NCBI GenBank assembly: GCA_964016885.1
Contig: OZ024741.1
Coordinates: forward strand, 394,134,001-394,198,000
Direction: 5' to 3'
Source of the DNA: Eledone cirrhosa
Lineage: Eukaryota
Length of the DNA: 64,000 bases
A program made the position numbers and the translations under genes. The notes beneath the pieces were generated by a model, which saw nothing but the letters and a program-made list of their open reading frames with translations, was not told where the DNA came from and ran no database searches. Shown one piece after another: positions 41,084 to 54,084 of the stretch (position 1 is the first letter of the stretch; each line of letters opens with the position of its first letter).

Positions 41084-41648
41084 TTGAGAACCCTGGGCGT
41101 CGAAGACGATCAGGGTTCACTCTCTTCGAGAGAACTTTCAGCCTGGGATCTATGGATGATTTCTAGAAATCCCTGGCCTGGCAGTGCTACCGGGGAGCGC
41201 TGCCGGTTCGGGATAAGCTCTACAGACACGGAAGTGCCGTCAGCCGAACCAGTCCGAGATGCGCGCAGGGCGACGATTTGTCGTGCACGCACTTGTTCAG
41301 TTCCCGAGCATTGCTGACTTGTGGATCTATGTCGAACAGTTGCTTTCGCCTGTAGGATGGATCCGGTTATCGACTGAGTCCATTGTGTAGATGGTCTCGT
41401 CGTCTTCCTTCGAGGAGGAAGGGCAGGCGGTTTTCATCTGCCTGGTGGCCATGGCGAAAGAGATTGTATGGTGGACAAGGTTGAAAGGATTGAAGACGGA
41501 CACTTTCCTCTTCGGCCAATCCCTGATTAACTTTTTCAAATTAACTTTTTCTTTACACGCAGAAATGCCCATTTGTACCATCCTGTACCGTCCTATGCTG
41601 TCCTTAATGTTATACTTTATGTCAACCCTCGTGGTTAATAAAGAAAAT
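41084..41648 (+). mobile_element. Tx1-clade 3' fragment with internal deletion
   Basis: Matches 49205-49655, then jumps to the 3' UTR; (ATT)n tail. Confidence 0.85.
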
Positions 41649-41662
41649 ATTATTATTATTAT

Positions 41663-44600
41663 TGTTCTTTGAGTCTCAGTCATTGATGTTATTTAACTGG
41701 AACGTTTGTTGAAATGAATATCAAGCCACTACCTGCAGCCTCAGATATTCAGGACGTATCGGAGGGTTCTTGCTGTTCCCAGCAAGCATGCCTTTTGAAG
41801 TGTTCCAAAAAGCGGGGCTGGACTAATCTTCTTTAACCATCCTTGGAAACTCTTTGAGATAGTACCTAGTACGCCTATGACAATCGGGACCACTCTGACT
41901 TCATGGCAGTTACAAATCCTTTTCAACTCCCACTTTAAGTCCTGGTATCGGTTAATTTTCTCCCTCTCCTTTTCTTGCACTCTCGTGTCAAATGGGCAGG
42001 CTACATCTACAATTAGGCACGATCTTTTTTCCTTGTCCAAAACCACCAGGTCAGGCCTATTGTGTTCCAGTTTCTCATCTGTCTGTATCCTAAAATCCCA
42101 TAGCACCTTCACCTGATTGTTTTCTATCACCGACTCTGGCTTATGCTCATACCACTTCTCAAAATGTGGTAAATTGTTTACCTTGCATAGGTGCCAGTGG
42201 ATCACCCTGCCCATCACATCATGTCTCCAGCCTTTATAATGAGTCTGGGCTAGGTGTTTACACTCGGATACAATGTGAGCCACAGTCTCCTCTCTCTCTC
42301 CACAGATCCTACACAGTGGGCTAGCCTCCTCCTTGTAAATATGGTGTTTCACCCACTTCGTTTTGAGTGCCTGCTCTTGCGCAGCCATTAGCATTCCTTC
42401 TGTAGCCTTTTTAAGGTCTCTTCTTTTTAACCAGTCTGCGGATCTCTAAATTCAGTTTTCTCAAAGAAGGTACTATGAAGGGATTTTTCATGAAGGTTTG
42501 TCTTCCTCCTTGTTGTTATTTCCTCCTTGGACATTCCCTGGTCTATTGTCTTCTCCTTCAGTACAATTCTGAGCATTGGCTCCCTACGGTCGGTCACATA
42601 TTTGTGCAGGTTGTTATTCTCCATTTGAACACAGTCCTCTATGCTGATAAGACCTCTTCCACCTTCAGATCTCCTTAAGTAGAGTCTATCGACATCACTC
42701 CTCTTGTGGAACATGTTGTAGATAGTCAATAGCTTCCTAGTCTTCCTATCCATTTCTTTTTGTTCAGCAAAATTCCATCTCAGAATTCCCGCACTGTACC
42801 TAATAATAGACACAGCTCTGGAATTCACTGCACTTATGACATTCCTACTATTTAGACGTGATTTTAATACGCTCCTTACGCTCCTAATGTACTCAGAGCT
42901 TATCAATTCCTTCATTTTTTGTTCTTGATGTCATCTGCCTCCAGAACACCTAAATATTTGTATCCTTTTTCAGTGTCAATTTCCTTTATCATCTCACCTG
43001 TTGGTACCTAGATTCCGTTGCTTCTGCTCAATTTACCCCTCCTCATCACTAGGACTCCACACTTATTAATACCAAATTCCATACATATATCATTGCTGAA
43101 AATACGAACAGTGTCAACAAGTACATCCAACTCCTTCTCACTCTTCCCAAAGAGTTTAAGATCGTCCATGAAGAGGAGGTGGTTGATGGTAAGCTCTCAC
43201 TTTTCGCAGTATAATGGTCAGAGGTATCAGGGCAAGGACAAACAACAGAGAGGACAGACTATATCCCTGGAAGATACCTCTCTTGATCTTCACGCCTCCC
43301 AAGGATTCGCCACCCGATGTTAATTCTGTTTTCCAGGACTTCATACTTTTGCTCAACAACTGTCTGATGTTATCTGCCACCTTGAAGATCTCTAGGCTTT
43401 TGGTTATCCAAGAATGAGGTACCATGTCGAATGCCTTTTTTGTAGTCTATCCATCCCATGGCAAGACCAGTGTGTCTCCTCTTGCAATTCCTCATTACCA
43501 TCTTATCAATAAGTATCTGGTCTTTTGTACCACGGGACTTCTTTCGGCATCCTTTCTGTTCGTCCGGTAACAAGTTGTTTATGTGGAGGTGATGGTAGAT
43601 TTCCTCAGACACAATGCTTGTTAGCAGTTTCCACATTACGGATAGACACGTGATAGGTCTATAGTTGGTAACATCATTATCCTTGATTCGGTCTTTCATT
43701 ACCAGGACTGTGGTACCCTTTGTCAACCACTCTGGTACCTCACCCGACATCAAGCAGTCATTGAACATGGTTGTCAGTTTCGGGTGGAGGGATGTTATAT
43801 TTTTAATCCAATACCCCTGCACACCATCTGGGCCTGGTGATTTCCAGTTGGTTAGTTTTCTGGCCTGCCCTTTAAGCTGCCCAAACGACATCTTCTGGTC
43901 GTTGTTGTCAAACATGCGGTTCTGTCTATACTGACTGACCCTGCTCTCGTATCGCCTAATCTTTGCACTCTTTGCTACAATGCGTTGCTTCAGTTCCTCT
44001 ATGATAATATTTAGCTCCCCCCCCCCCTAGTTTTGTACTTTATTTCCAGTCTATTTTTAGTGTCTATGTTTTTTAGTGTCCCATTTAGTAGGAACTCAAG
44101 CTTTCCAATGTCATTTCTCATTTCCCTGATTTGACCATTCAGTCGTTTCTTCCACCAAGGTTCTGATCTTTCTTGTTTGTTGTTTCCTCTCGCTTTTATG
44201 CCAAGTAATTTCCTCACCGCATTTGCTGTTGCTTTGAGGATATTGTTGCATTGGTGAAGGTTCCTCGCCTCAAGGTATGGGATGACTTTGTTTACCTTAG
44301 CTGTTGTTTCTTTTAACTTTTTCCTGTCTACAAATCTTAGGTTCATAGGTTTCCCACTATCATTGTTCATTTCATCTACCACTAAGTTTAGGATATCAAC
44401 CAAATCTTGTCCTAGCCCGACAGCATTCATTTCCTCAATGGCCGTATCTTTGTTCCAGATGTTATTTATTTCAGCATTCAAATCAATGTCTGCTTCGGAT
44501 GCTTCCTCCGTTCTCTCAATCTCTTCACCTTTATTTCCCACTGGCTCGTTTGTCTGGCATACTCCACTCTCCATTTCTAACCTAATCTCTCTGCTCAGTT

Positions 44601-45095
44601 CCTCCAGTTCCAGCTTGCTTATCCACCCATTAATTCTTATTACCCGACCTGCCCGGCCAATTTTTGTTCATCTAATTTAAATAGACCAATCTCATTCCAG
44701 ATGTTATGCATCCGTTTCTTATAGCCTTTTTCCATGGGGTTACTCTTCAGGTAACATTCCATGACAGTTCTATTCAATTCTTTCGTCCAGTTGGTTCTTG
44801 TCCCTTTCCTTCTTCTTCTTCCTCCAACACCAGCAGTATTTGGATGACAGCCAGGTCCCTGCTGCTGGGCCAGGGAGCACTTGCTGAGTGAGAGTCTGTC
44901 ACATAACGTTCCAGTCTCCACTTTCCTTTGCGTTTTTCGTTTTTCAAGGCCAGTAACATCGGTTACTAGTGTTGTTGTTGCCGCTGCTGCTAAGGGAAGT
45001 AGGAGTTGTTGTGTTCAAAACTTTTGAAATTTGTGTTTGTTGTTGCGTTTGCTTCTGTCTGTGTTCTGTTCTATAATTTTTCGACTTGTTGCTTA
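41663..45095 (-). mobile_element. Dong-TAA LINE, near full length with deletions and frameshifts
   Basis: N-terminal WTKELNRTVMECY..GYKKRMHNIW, RT (KSPGPDG, NYRPITCL, GIFQG), CCHC, RLE; TAA/ATT repeats at both ends. Confidence 0.9.
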
Positions 45096-45109
45096 TCATT
45101 ATTATTTTT

Positions 45110-45212
45110 ATTTTTCCTTTCATCCTTACGGGGCCGACAAAACAAAGCACCAGCAACACACCGGGACAATTGCTGGTCCCGTGCCAAAAGCAGAAACAAT
45201 TATTATTATTAT
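45110..45212 (+). mobile_element. tRNA-related SINE 3' fragment with (ATT)n tail
   Basis: Matches 4985-5075. Confidence 0.7.
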
Positions 45213-45565
45213 ATTATAGTTTAGATTTGACATCGTTTAAACTAAACATTTTGAGAGAGTTTAGAGATACAACATCATTATTTTGGTGTTGTTGTTGTTG
45301 TTGTTAGCTGTTTGACCAAGTCACTAACCCAGTCTATTTATATCTTTTGATACCTTCCTCGCTTCTTTTCATGTGTAGCGGCACCACCATCCCTCTCTTA
45401 AGTGGTGAGGGAATAGTGGCGGTAGCGATGATGCAGTGGTGGCGGTGGTGATGGGATAGCAGTACTATTGGGATAGTGCTGGTTTGTATTTGGCTAGATT
45501 TTTTTGTGGTAGTGGTGATGGTGATGGTGGCGGCGGTGGTGGTGGTGTTGGCTGTTTGGCTGTAG

Positions 45566-48500
45566 GCTCAAATACAAAAAGCCTTAGGGTCTGTGTGGCA
45601 GCGGAAAACGCATATCACCCGAGGCATGAAATATGCCACCGTGGATGTTGCTTTTTGCCAGGAGGCAAAGGTTCAATCCTTAGTGACCCTAAGGAGCGAG
45701 GAAATGGTGTTGGTGCACTCCTACTGCGGGAAAAAAATTGTGAGGGTCAAACTGACCCAAGTCCCCCACGGGATGGCCGCTTCTTGGCTGCCCGCATCTG
45801 TCCTCGTCGGAATCGAGGACAAAACAACCGTACTGCAAGTGCAGAAAAAAGTACGAGAAGATTGGGTCGGCGCCTCCATTGAGATGTTAATTTAAACCAA
45901 CCAGGAGTGCATCGAAGCTATCCCGGATGTGATAGACTTCGATAACGGCACTCAACTTCCCATAAGTGTTGAGGGCAAACGCCCAAAATGCTTTCGCTGT
46001 GGGTCGAAGACAGGGCTTTCTGCAATGAGAAGACCCTGAGAAAGAAGACCCCCCCCCCCTCTTTCCGAAACCGGCTCCACTGCTACCAGCAACAGGACAG
46101 GCGGCAAGCAGCAAGGATAGGTCCGTGGCACCCATATCCACGCCACGGAAATCAAGAACAGCAGCAGCAGTGGAAGTATTAACAACAACAACAGTAATAC
46201 CAAATGCAGCTGCAACAGAGACTCCGCTGCAAACATCACCAACAACAACAAGTGAAAGAGTGGAGCTGGTACCCCTCCCCGTCCTCACAGAATCGGACAT
46301 GGAGTGTGAGGTAGGAGAGGGGTGGCAAAAGGCGGCAAGAAGGCACAAACGCAGAAGAGCGCATCGTCGTCTTGAAAAGGGAGGGAAGAAATGAAAAAAG
46401 GGTAAAGGCTGCTGCAAAGAGACTTACAGCAGGAACACCACCAACACCATCACCACCCACACTAGCACTACCATCACCACTGGCGGCAACCTCACCGCCA
46501 ACAACAACAACACCACCACAAGCACCAACATCGCAAACACAACAACAAAACACACACACCCAGCAACAACGACAAGAAAATAGCAGAACCACACCCCACC
46601 CCCAGAAAAAGAAATGCACAGCAATAAATACACACAACATGAAACTAATGACTTACATAATTGAACACATACATTTCACAGCACGACTACATAATACCAG
46701 CACCAATCAAAACACCAACGAACATAAGACTGGTAAGAATATCACAGAAACAATACACAAACATTAAAATGAAATTCCCCAACGCAGTTGGTGATTTCAG
46801 AGACCTAGGAGGGACACTAAACTGGAGAGTATACTCGGATATACTCACAGAAGAGCCGACGACCAGCCGAAGGGACGATTCAACGGTCCCTTCACCAGAC
46901 GATCAAGGTAAGTGATCCTTTCTCACTTGCCCCGTTCCTCACCCAACATGGCCGTATTCAGGATCGGAAGTGTAAACGTGCGTGGCTTGAGCTCGGTTTG
47001 GAAGCAGGGTCACTTGCTTAACGACTTCAGGTCACTAAACATAGATGTGGTGGCCATCAGCGAGACGAGAATTTCCTAGACGCAAGCCTTCGCACCGATC
47101 TTCGACGGTTACGAGGTGTACGCATCTCTGAGCCGTCCGGGAGCGGGGGGCGGAGTGGCTGTGTTGTTATTTCGGAAAGGCTTGGGTCTCGCCATACGGA
47201 CCATCTTCCTGGACCCAGAAGGTAAGTCGGTGGTGCTGGACGTAAGCGGCACCGAAGGCAACGCTTTCATGCTAGTAGCCGTCTATGCCCCGACAGGGAC
47301 AGGACGGCCAGATTTCTTTAGACGTCTAGAGACCTTTCTTGGAACGTCCCGCGCTTTAGGATTAGTGGGCGACTGGAACGGTATCTTGGATGCACGCTGG
47401 GGCTAGTGGATAGGGGAGGAGGGTGCAACAGCCTCGCCAACCTGCTCAGACGTTTTGAACTATCTGACAGGTATCGACTGGATCACCCGAATGTGCCAAT
47501 GTGGACATGGACAAACCGCATCGGGTCATCCAGATCGTATCTCGATAGGGTATTCTGCAGAGAACTAGATAAGGCTAGTATAAGTTGTCCACAATTTAAA
47601 ATGGTCGACTACACAGACCACAAATTTGTGATCTGTGAGATCGACATAGACAGACTTCATAGACAAGGAACCAGTTACTGGAAGCTGAACGCGTCTTTCC
47701 TGGCGCGCAAAGCCTACAGAGACCGGATTAGCGTATTAGTTAAGCGGGCGTTGACGGGGGCGGTCGTCAGCAACAGGTGGTGGTTCGCCCTGAAAAGGGC
47801 AATTAAAGTAGAGTCGATTAGGTTTAGCAAAGGAGTAGTGATAGAGGAAAATAGAGTAGAGGGAGAGCTAGTCAGAAAGCTAGAAGAGGCGTTTAGGACA
47901 GGCATCCCAACCGACGTGCTTGCGGCGAGATTGGCACTCGCCTAATTCTTCAATGCAAAACACGAAGGCTGCGTTGTCAGAGCGAGAGCGCGTGCTCTGA
48001 AACACAAGGAGACAAAAGCCGTCCAATGAGCCCGGGTGGGAGAGGCGCGACGTGGTAACAAAGACACAATTCGGTCTTTGTCTGACCATAACGGGCGCGT
48101 GTTGCTTGAACCCGAACAGATGCGTGAATCTTTTCAGCAGCACTTTGATGAACTGTTCGGGAGCAGCGCCGGGCCGGAGCGGGGAATGGACTTCAGTGCA
48201 TGCCTGGATGGACTGCCTCGGCTCTCGAAGACCGCAGCATAGTGTTGCGAAAAGCCAATAACAGCCGGTGAAATATGGGAAGCGATGGCTAAGTCCGCCA
48301 GGGTTGTCCCCTCTCGTCCCTCTTGTACGTATTGGCTCTCGAGCCGTTACTGCACAAACTGGGGGCGATGAGGGGCGTCCCACGCGAACTAGGATGCGGG
48401 AAATCCGAGTCGGCTTACGCCGACGAGATAACCGTGTTGGTATCGAGCACCAGACACGTCCAGATGCTCGGCACCGCTCTCACAGAATACGAAGTGGTGA

Positions 48501-50089
48501 CAGGAGCAAAGATAAACGAGGAAAAGTCGGTGGGCTTGCAGCTCGGCACCTAGAGAGGCAAGTCCATGGCGTCCGACAGCGTCGTGGGGCGTTGGACGGA
48601 CGGACCGGTTAAATTGCTCGGGGTCTGGTTCGGACCGGACCTCCAGATGGAGAAAAACTGGAACGAGGTGACGAACAAGATGGCCTCCCTCACCCAGAAA
48701 TGGGCCGAGAGGAAGCTGTCCCTGAAAGGCCGGGCGGAGGTGGCGAATGCGTACATCGCATCCGTCATCTGCTACCGCCTCACCGTCGTCTCTTGCCCCG
48801 GCCCAACTCTCACCAAAATGGAGCGCCTCCTCTTCCGCTTATTGTGGAAGGGACGCGCTCCCATGGTCAGACGATCCATTCTCTGTCAACACCCTTTGCG
48901 TGGAGGACTGGGCATGCCATGGCTGATGATGCGCAAACATGCGCTGAGGCTGCGACATCTCTGGTGCTTCCTTCACGGTGAACCGGTGTGGTCGCCGTTC
49001 GCCAGGCACGTTTTCCCACAGCTCGTCTCCTTGACGGAGCTGCAGTCCTGGGTCAGAAAAAGACCGAGAGATAGCGCTTGGAAACTTGAATGTCTCCAGG
49101 CGCTCACTGCCTTCTACCATTTGGGCACCAGTATCTGTGGAACATCCACCTTGGCGTTCTATAGAGGACTAGTGGAGGGGAAGAGCGACGACGTTCTCGG
49201 AGAGATCCTGGGCGTCGAAGACGATCAGCTGTTTGCTCTCTTCCGGAGAACTTTCAGCCCAGGGCCTATGGATAACTTCCAAAAATCCCTGGCCTGGCAG
49301 TGCTACCGGGGAGCGCTGCCGGTTCGAGATAAGCTCTACAGGCACGGAAGTACCGTCAGCCGAGCCTGTCCAAGATGCGCGCAGAGCGACGAAACCGTCG
49401 TGCACGCACTCGTTCAGTGCCCGAGCATTGCTGACTTGTGGATCTATGTCGAACAGTTGCTGTCGCGTGTAGGACTGATCCGGTTATCGACTGAGTCCAT
49501 TGTGCAGATGGTTTCGCCGTCTTCCTTCGAGGAGGAAGGGCAGGCGGTATTCATCTGCCTGGTGGTCATGGCGAAAGAGATTGTGTGGTGGACAAGGTTA
49601 AAAGGATTAAAGACAAACACTTTCCTCTTCGGCGAATTCCTAATTAACTTTTTCAAGTTTCACTTGAAGAGGAAAATCAGGGTGGAGAGGCAAGTGCTGC
49701 CTTCTAGCAAGTTTGTTGAAAGGTGGGTGAATGTAGCGAGAATGGTCCGAGTGAACGGGACCGCTCTGAATATACGCCTGTAGTTTGAGAAATGGAAAAA
49801 TTGAGAGAGGGCGCTTGCCCTGGTGGTCAGGGTGGCCGTGGTCTTTTGTGTGGTTTTCGCCACGTGTAACCCTCGGCGGCTTCCCCCCTATTGGGGAATT
49901 TTTCATTGTTTCAATTTTCATTTTTATTGTTTATATATATATATATATGTTTCTATGTCCTTTTTTTCCTTTTCTTATATAAATAATAAAAATATTTACA
50001 CGCACAAAACCCACATCGTACCGTCCTGTACCGTCATGTGCCGTCTGTAATGTTTTTCTTGATGTCAGCGCTTGTGGCCAATAAAGAAA

Positions 50090-50091
<2 letters not shown>
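45566..50091 (+). mobile_element. Tx1-clade LINE, near full length: ORF1 remnant plus ORF2 (46948-49783) with RT deletion
   Basis: ORF1 knuckle-like KCFRCGS at ~45985; ORF2 starts MAVFRIGSVNVRGL, has GDWN, SYLDRVF, TDHK, YWKLN; ~600 bp of RT missing at ~48293 relative to 1212-3613; long (ATT)n tail. Confidence 0.88.
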
Positions 50092-50142
<51 letters not shown>

Positions 50143-51189
50143 GTTCTTTGAGTCTCAGTCATTGATGTTAGTTAACTGGAAAGTTTGTTGAAATGAATAT
50201 CAAGCCACTACCTGCAGCCTCAGATATTCAGGACGTATCGGAGGGTTCTTGCTGTTCCCAGCAAGCATGCCTTTTGAAGCGTTCCAAAAAGCGTGGCGGG
50301 GCCAATTTTCTTTAACCATCCCTGGAAACTTTTTGAGATAGTACCTAGTGCGCCTATGACAATCGGGACCACTTTGACTTCATGGCAGTTCCAAATCCTT
50401 TTTACCTCCCACTTTAAGTCCTGGTATCGGTTAATTTTCTCCCTCTCCTTCTCTTGCACTCTCGTGTCGAATGGGCAGGCCACATCCACAATCAGGAACG
50501 ATCTTTTTTCCTTGTCTAAAACCACCAGGTCAGGCCTTTATAGTGAGTCTGGGCTAGGTGTTTACACTCGGATACAATGTGAGCCACAGTCTCCTCTCTC
50601 TCTCCACAGATCCTGCACAGTGGGCTAGCCTCCTCCTTGTAAATATGGTGTTTCAACCACTTCGTTTTGAGGGCCTGCTCTTGCGCAGCCATTAGCATTT
50701 CTTCTGTAGCCTTTTTAAGGTCTCCTCTTTTCAACCAGTTCCATGTCTGTGGATCTCTGAATTCAGTTTTCTCAATGTAGGTACTATGAAGGGATTTTTC
50801 ATGAAGGCTGCTCTTACTCCTTGTTGTTATTTCCTCCTTGAACATCCCCTGGTCTATTGTCCTCTCCTTCAGTACAATTCTGAGCATTGGCTCCTTACTA
50901 TCTGTCACGTATTTGTGTAGGTTGTTTTTCTCCCTCTGAACACAGTCATCTATGCAGATAAGACCTCTTCCACCTTCAGATCTCCTTAAGTAGAGTCTAT
51001 CGACATCACTCCTCTTGTGGAATATGTTGTAGATAGTTAATAGCTTATCAATAAGTAACTGGTCCTTTGTACCACGGGACTTCTTTCGGCATCCTTTCTG
51101 TTCGTCCGGTAACAAGTTGTTTGTGTGGAGGTGATGGTAGATTTCCTCCGACATAATGCTTGTGAACAGTTTCCACATTAGGGACAGAT
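50143..51189 (-). mobile_element. Dong-TAA copy, 5'-truncated, two internal deletions
   Basis: Colinear with 41663-43645 except jumps at ~50535 and ~51045; ATT repeats on both sides. Confidence 0.9.
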
Positions 51190-51389
51190 TATTATTATTA
51201 TTATCATTGGTTTGTTCGGACGTTCTTTTTCTCGCTCCCAGTAAGTCGCTTTATTTACCTGTTATAATTATTTGTTGTTTAATTTTTCTTGCTGTGTAAT
51301 GGATATAAGCCCTTGAACTTTGCCCTGTGAAGAGGAAAATATAATATTTGATTAATATTTGAACATTTTACTTAAAAAAAAAAAAACCC

Positions 51390-51465
51390 CATGGCTGAAG
51401 GCTTTCAAATGTATATTCGTAAGCATACCGTTTGTCGCTAGATATACAAAACACACACACACGCG

Positions 51466-51505
<40 letters not shown>

Positions 51506-51582
51506 AACACACACACACACACATATATAAACACACACACACACACACACACATATATAAACACACACACACACATATATAA

Positions 51583-51641
<59 letters not shown>

Positions 51642-51759
51642 TGTGTGTGTGTTTATATATGCATGTGTGTATGAGTGTGCGCGCGCGTATGTGTGTGTTT
51701 TGTATATCTAGCGACAAACGGTATGCTTACGAATATACATTTGAAAACCTTTAGCTATG
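51390..51759. repeat. Fold-back: ~60-bp unique inverted arms around mirrored CA/(TA)n/TG microsatellite
   Basis: TTTCAAATGTATATTCGTAAGCATACCGTTTGTCGCTAGATATACAAAAC and its exact reverse complement. Confidence 0.9.
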
Positions 51760-52091
51760 AATTTTGGAAGCTGTGTGGATTCCAACAGAAGCAGGGGCGG
51801 ATAACTGTACAATGAAGAAATATATTAGTTTTACATTTGATATAGTAGCAAAAGAATCTTAACGTTTCGGGCGCTGACCCTTCACTAGAAAATAGAATGA
51901 GAAATTGACGAGAAATAGAAAGATAGAAAGGGGTTGAGCATGGGCAGAAACGAAAAAAATTCTTCCAGAAAAAAGAGGTCTGTTCATTTCACTATCTATA
52001 TATCTAAAACAGAGAATGTCTGTCTGTCTGTCTCCCTAAAACTTGAGAACCACCCAACTGATTTTTTCCAAACTTTACATATATATATATA

Positions 52092-52157
<66 letters not shown>

Positions 52158-52867
52158 AAAAGTCAAAAGTTTGTCTTAAGCCAGAAGGCTCATTTGGCCG
52201 GTGCTTATCCCGGTTTCATGGCGTGAAGCGACTCAAAGTACAAGAAAGTCCATCGCAGGGTTAAACCTCCAGCTAGTGCTGGTACTCATTTTCAGTTAGT
52301 AAGTCATCAAAATCCCATCTTACTCCCCTAAAGCAATGGCCATTCCATTTCTAGCTCCTTCTTAGCTTTTCAATTTCTTTAACCAAGAAGAACCCGCGTG
52401 ACGCCACTCTATGTTCTTTGATTTCTGTATCATGTAACCCCATTTCACCAACCGTGACAAGTCGTGACAAAGATATATCACAATCATGTAACCCTATTTC
52501 ACCAATCGTGACAAAGATATATCACAATGATGTAACCCTATTTCACCAACAATAAGATGATACAAAACGTTTTCACGAAATCGCTAAAATTACTGCAAAA
52601 TTGACTTTAAGGTGTCGTCAACAATATCACCTGTAGGCTTAACACCTACAGCAACGTTAGGAAGGATTCATTTGAAAAATTAGTCGAGTTGCACTTGTTT
52701 CCCTTTCTTCAGTTTTGGACTGTGCTTCCGGTTAACGAATTCGCTTAAGGCTCTAGGATGCTGATAATATTGTATAATATCAATTTCTGTGAACAAATCA
52801 ATGTGTGAAATAACTTTATCGGAGATTCCCGTATAAACAGATTTGTACTAATTTGACCCGTTACTTT

Positions 52868-52964
52868 AACTGAGATTGCATTTCAAGAATGGTCCATTTC
52901 AACTGAGATTGCATTTCAAGAATGGTCCATTTCAACTGAGATTGCATTTCAAGAATGGTCCATT
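52868..52964. repeat. 33-bp tandem repeat, about 3 copies
   Basis: AACTGAGATTGCATTTCAAGAATGGTCCATTTC at 52868, 52901, 52934. Confidence 0.95.
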
Positions 52965-53006
52965 GTGGAAGATTGATAATTTTCATATATAAATATATAT
53001 ATATAT

Positions 53007-53288
53007 AGAAAAAAAGATGAAATTGAAAATGCAACTGGAGTCTTATTTAAAAAAATATATATATATTTATTTGGTTCCTTTGCCGGTTTCGCAGTTCTTC
53101 TGCTTTTCAAAAGATGAGATGGAGGGTCTGTGGTTTTTCTCACATGTGAGAAAAACCACAAACCCTCCATCTCAATTCTACTTTTGAAAAGCAGAAGAAC
53201 TGCGAAACCGGTAAAGGAACCAAATAAATATATATATATTTTTTTAAAATAAGACTCCAGTTGCATTTTCGATTTCATCTTTTTTTCT
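53007..53288. repeat. ~280-bp spacerless palindrome centred on CACATGTG
   Basis: Arms are reverse complements with a few mismatches and one small indel. Confidence 0.95.
53181..53216 (+). ncRNA. Minimal hammerhead ribozyme, U3-A8 core variant
   Basis: CUU-UUGAAAA-GCAG-AAGAA-CUGC-GAAA-CCGG-UA-AAG; stem I only 3 bp. Confidence 0.6.
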
Positions 53289-53347
53289 TTATACTTTCAC
53301 TCGTGTAGGACACCTCGGTTATTTTTCATTTTGTAAAAAAACGTCAC

Positions 53348-53427
<80 letters not shown>

Positions 53428-53525
53428 AATTAATATCTCTACCGACATATGTATACCTATGCTAGCAGATATATATGTTTTGTCTTAGTAACTTTGTGGT
53501 TCTATGCAGGGGAATGCAGAACAAT

Positions 53526-54066
53526 TATATGAAAGACGTAAATAAGAAAGTTATGAAAATTGACTTACTTACTAAAATTTCACTCCAACTAATTAGTTTC
53601 TGTAAGGGGATAAATATAGTTATGTAATAACTATAGAGAAGCCTTACGTCATCAGGGAGTCTGTTCTCAGCTAAGTTACCAGGCAATGCGGGGACACTGG
53701 AAACTTATATAACAATAATTCAGTGGATGGAAAAAAGCGAAAAAAGCGAGCGGAGCTAGATTCCAAGCCACTGAAAAATTCACTGCCTTCTTGGTCAAGT
53801 GGCAAATTCAAAAGAATTAATCACGTGACACTGAGGTTAACCAGCTTGGAGTGGGGGTGCTATTAAGACAGAGCCTAGCTACTACTATCAGTCACAGTAG
53901 TAATTTGGCAAATTTTGCTCAACAAATAATTTGGAGATGATGACGTAAGGCTTCTCTATAGTTATTACATAACTATATTTATCCCCTTACAGAAACTAAT
54001 TAGTTGGAGTGAAATTTTAGTAAGTAAGTCAATTTTCATAACTTTCTTATTTACGTCTTTCATATA
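53526..54066. repeat. 129-bp perfect inverted repeats (53526-53654 / 53938-54066)
   Basis: Direct comparison; right arm runs into (TA)n. Confidence 0.92.
53582..53660 (-). ncRNA. Type I hammerhead ribozyme with extended stem II
   Basis: ACUCC-CUGAUGA-C-GUAAGG..CCUUAC-A-GAAA-CUAAUUAG-UU-GGAGU. Confidence 0.75.
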
Positions 54067-54084
54067 TATATATATATATATTGA

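Noticed and set aside
51855-51890. Minus-strand hammerhead-like CUAGUGA-AGGG..CCC-GAAACGUU
   Set aside because: Core G5/A6 disrupted and stem I negligible; at most a decayed relic.
51993-52080. Helitron-like 5' end (TCTATATATCTAAAA..GTCTGTCTGT)
   Set aside because: No matching 3' hairpin/CTRR end or Rep-helicase sequence recognised.
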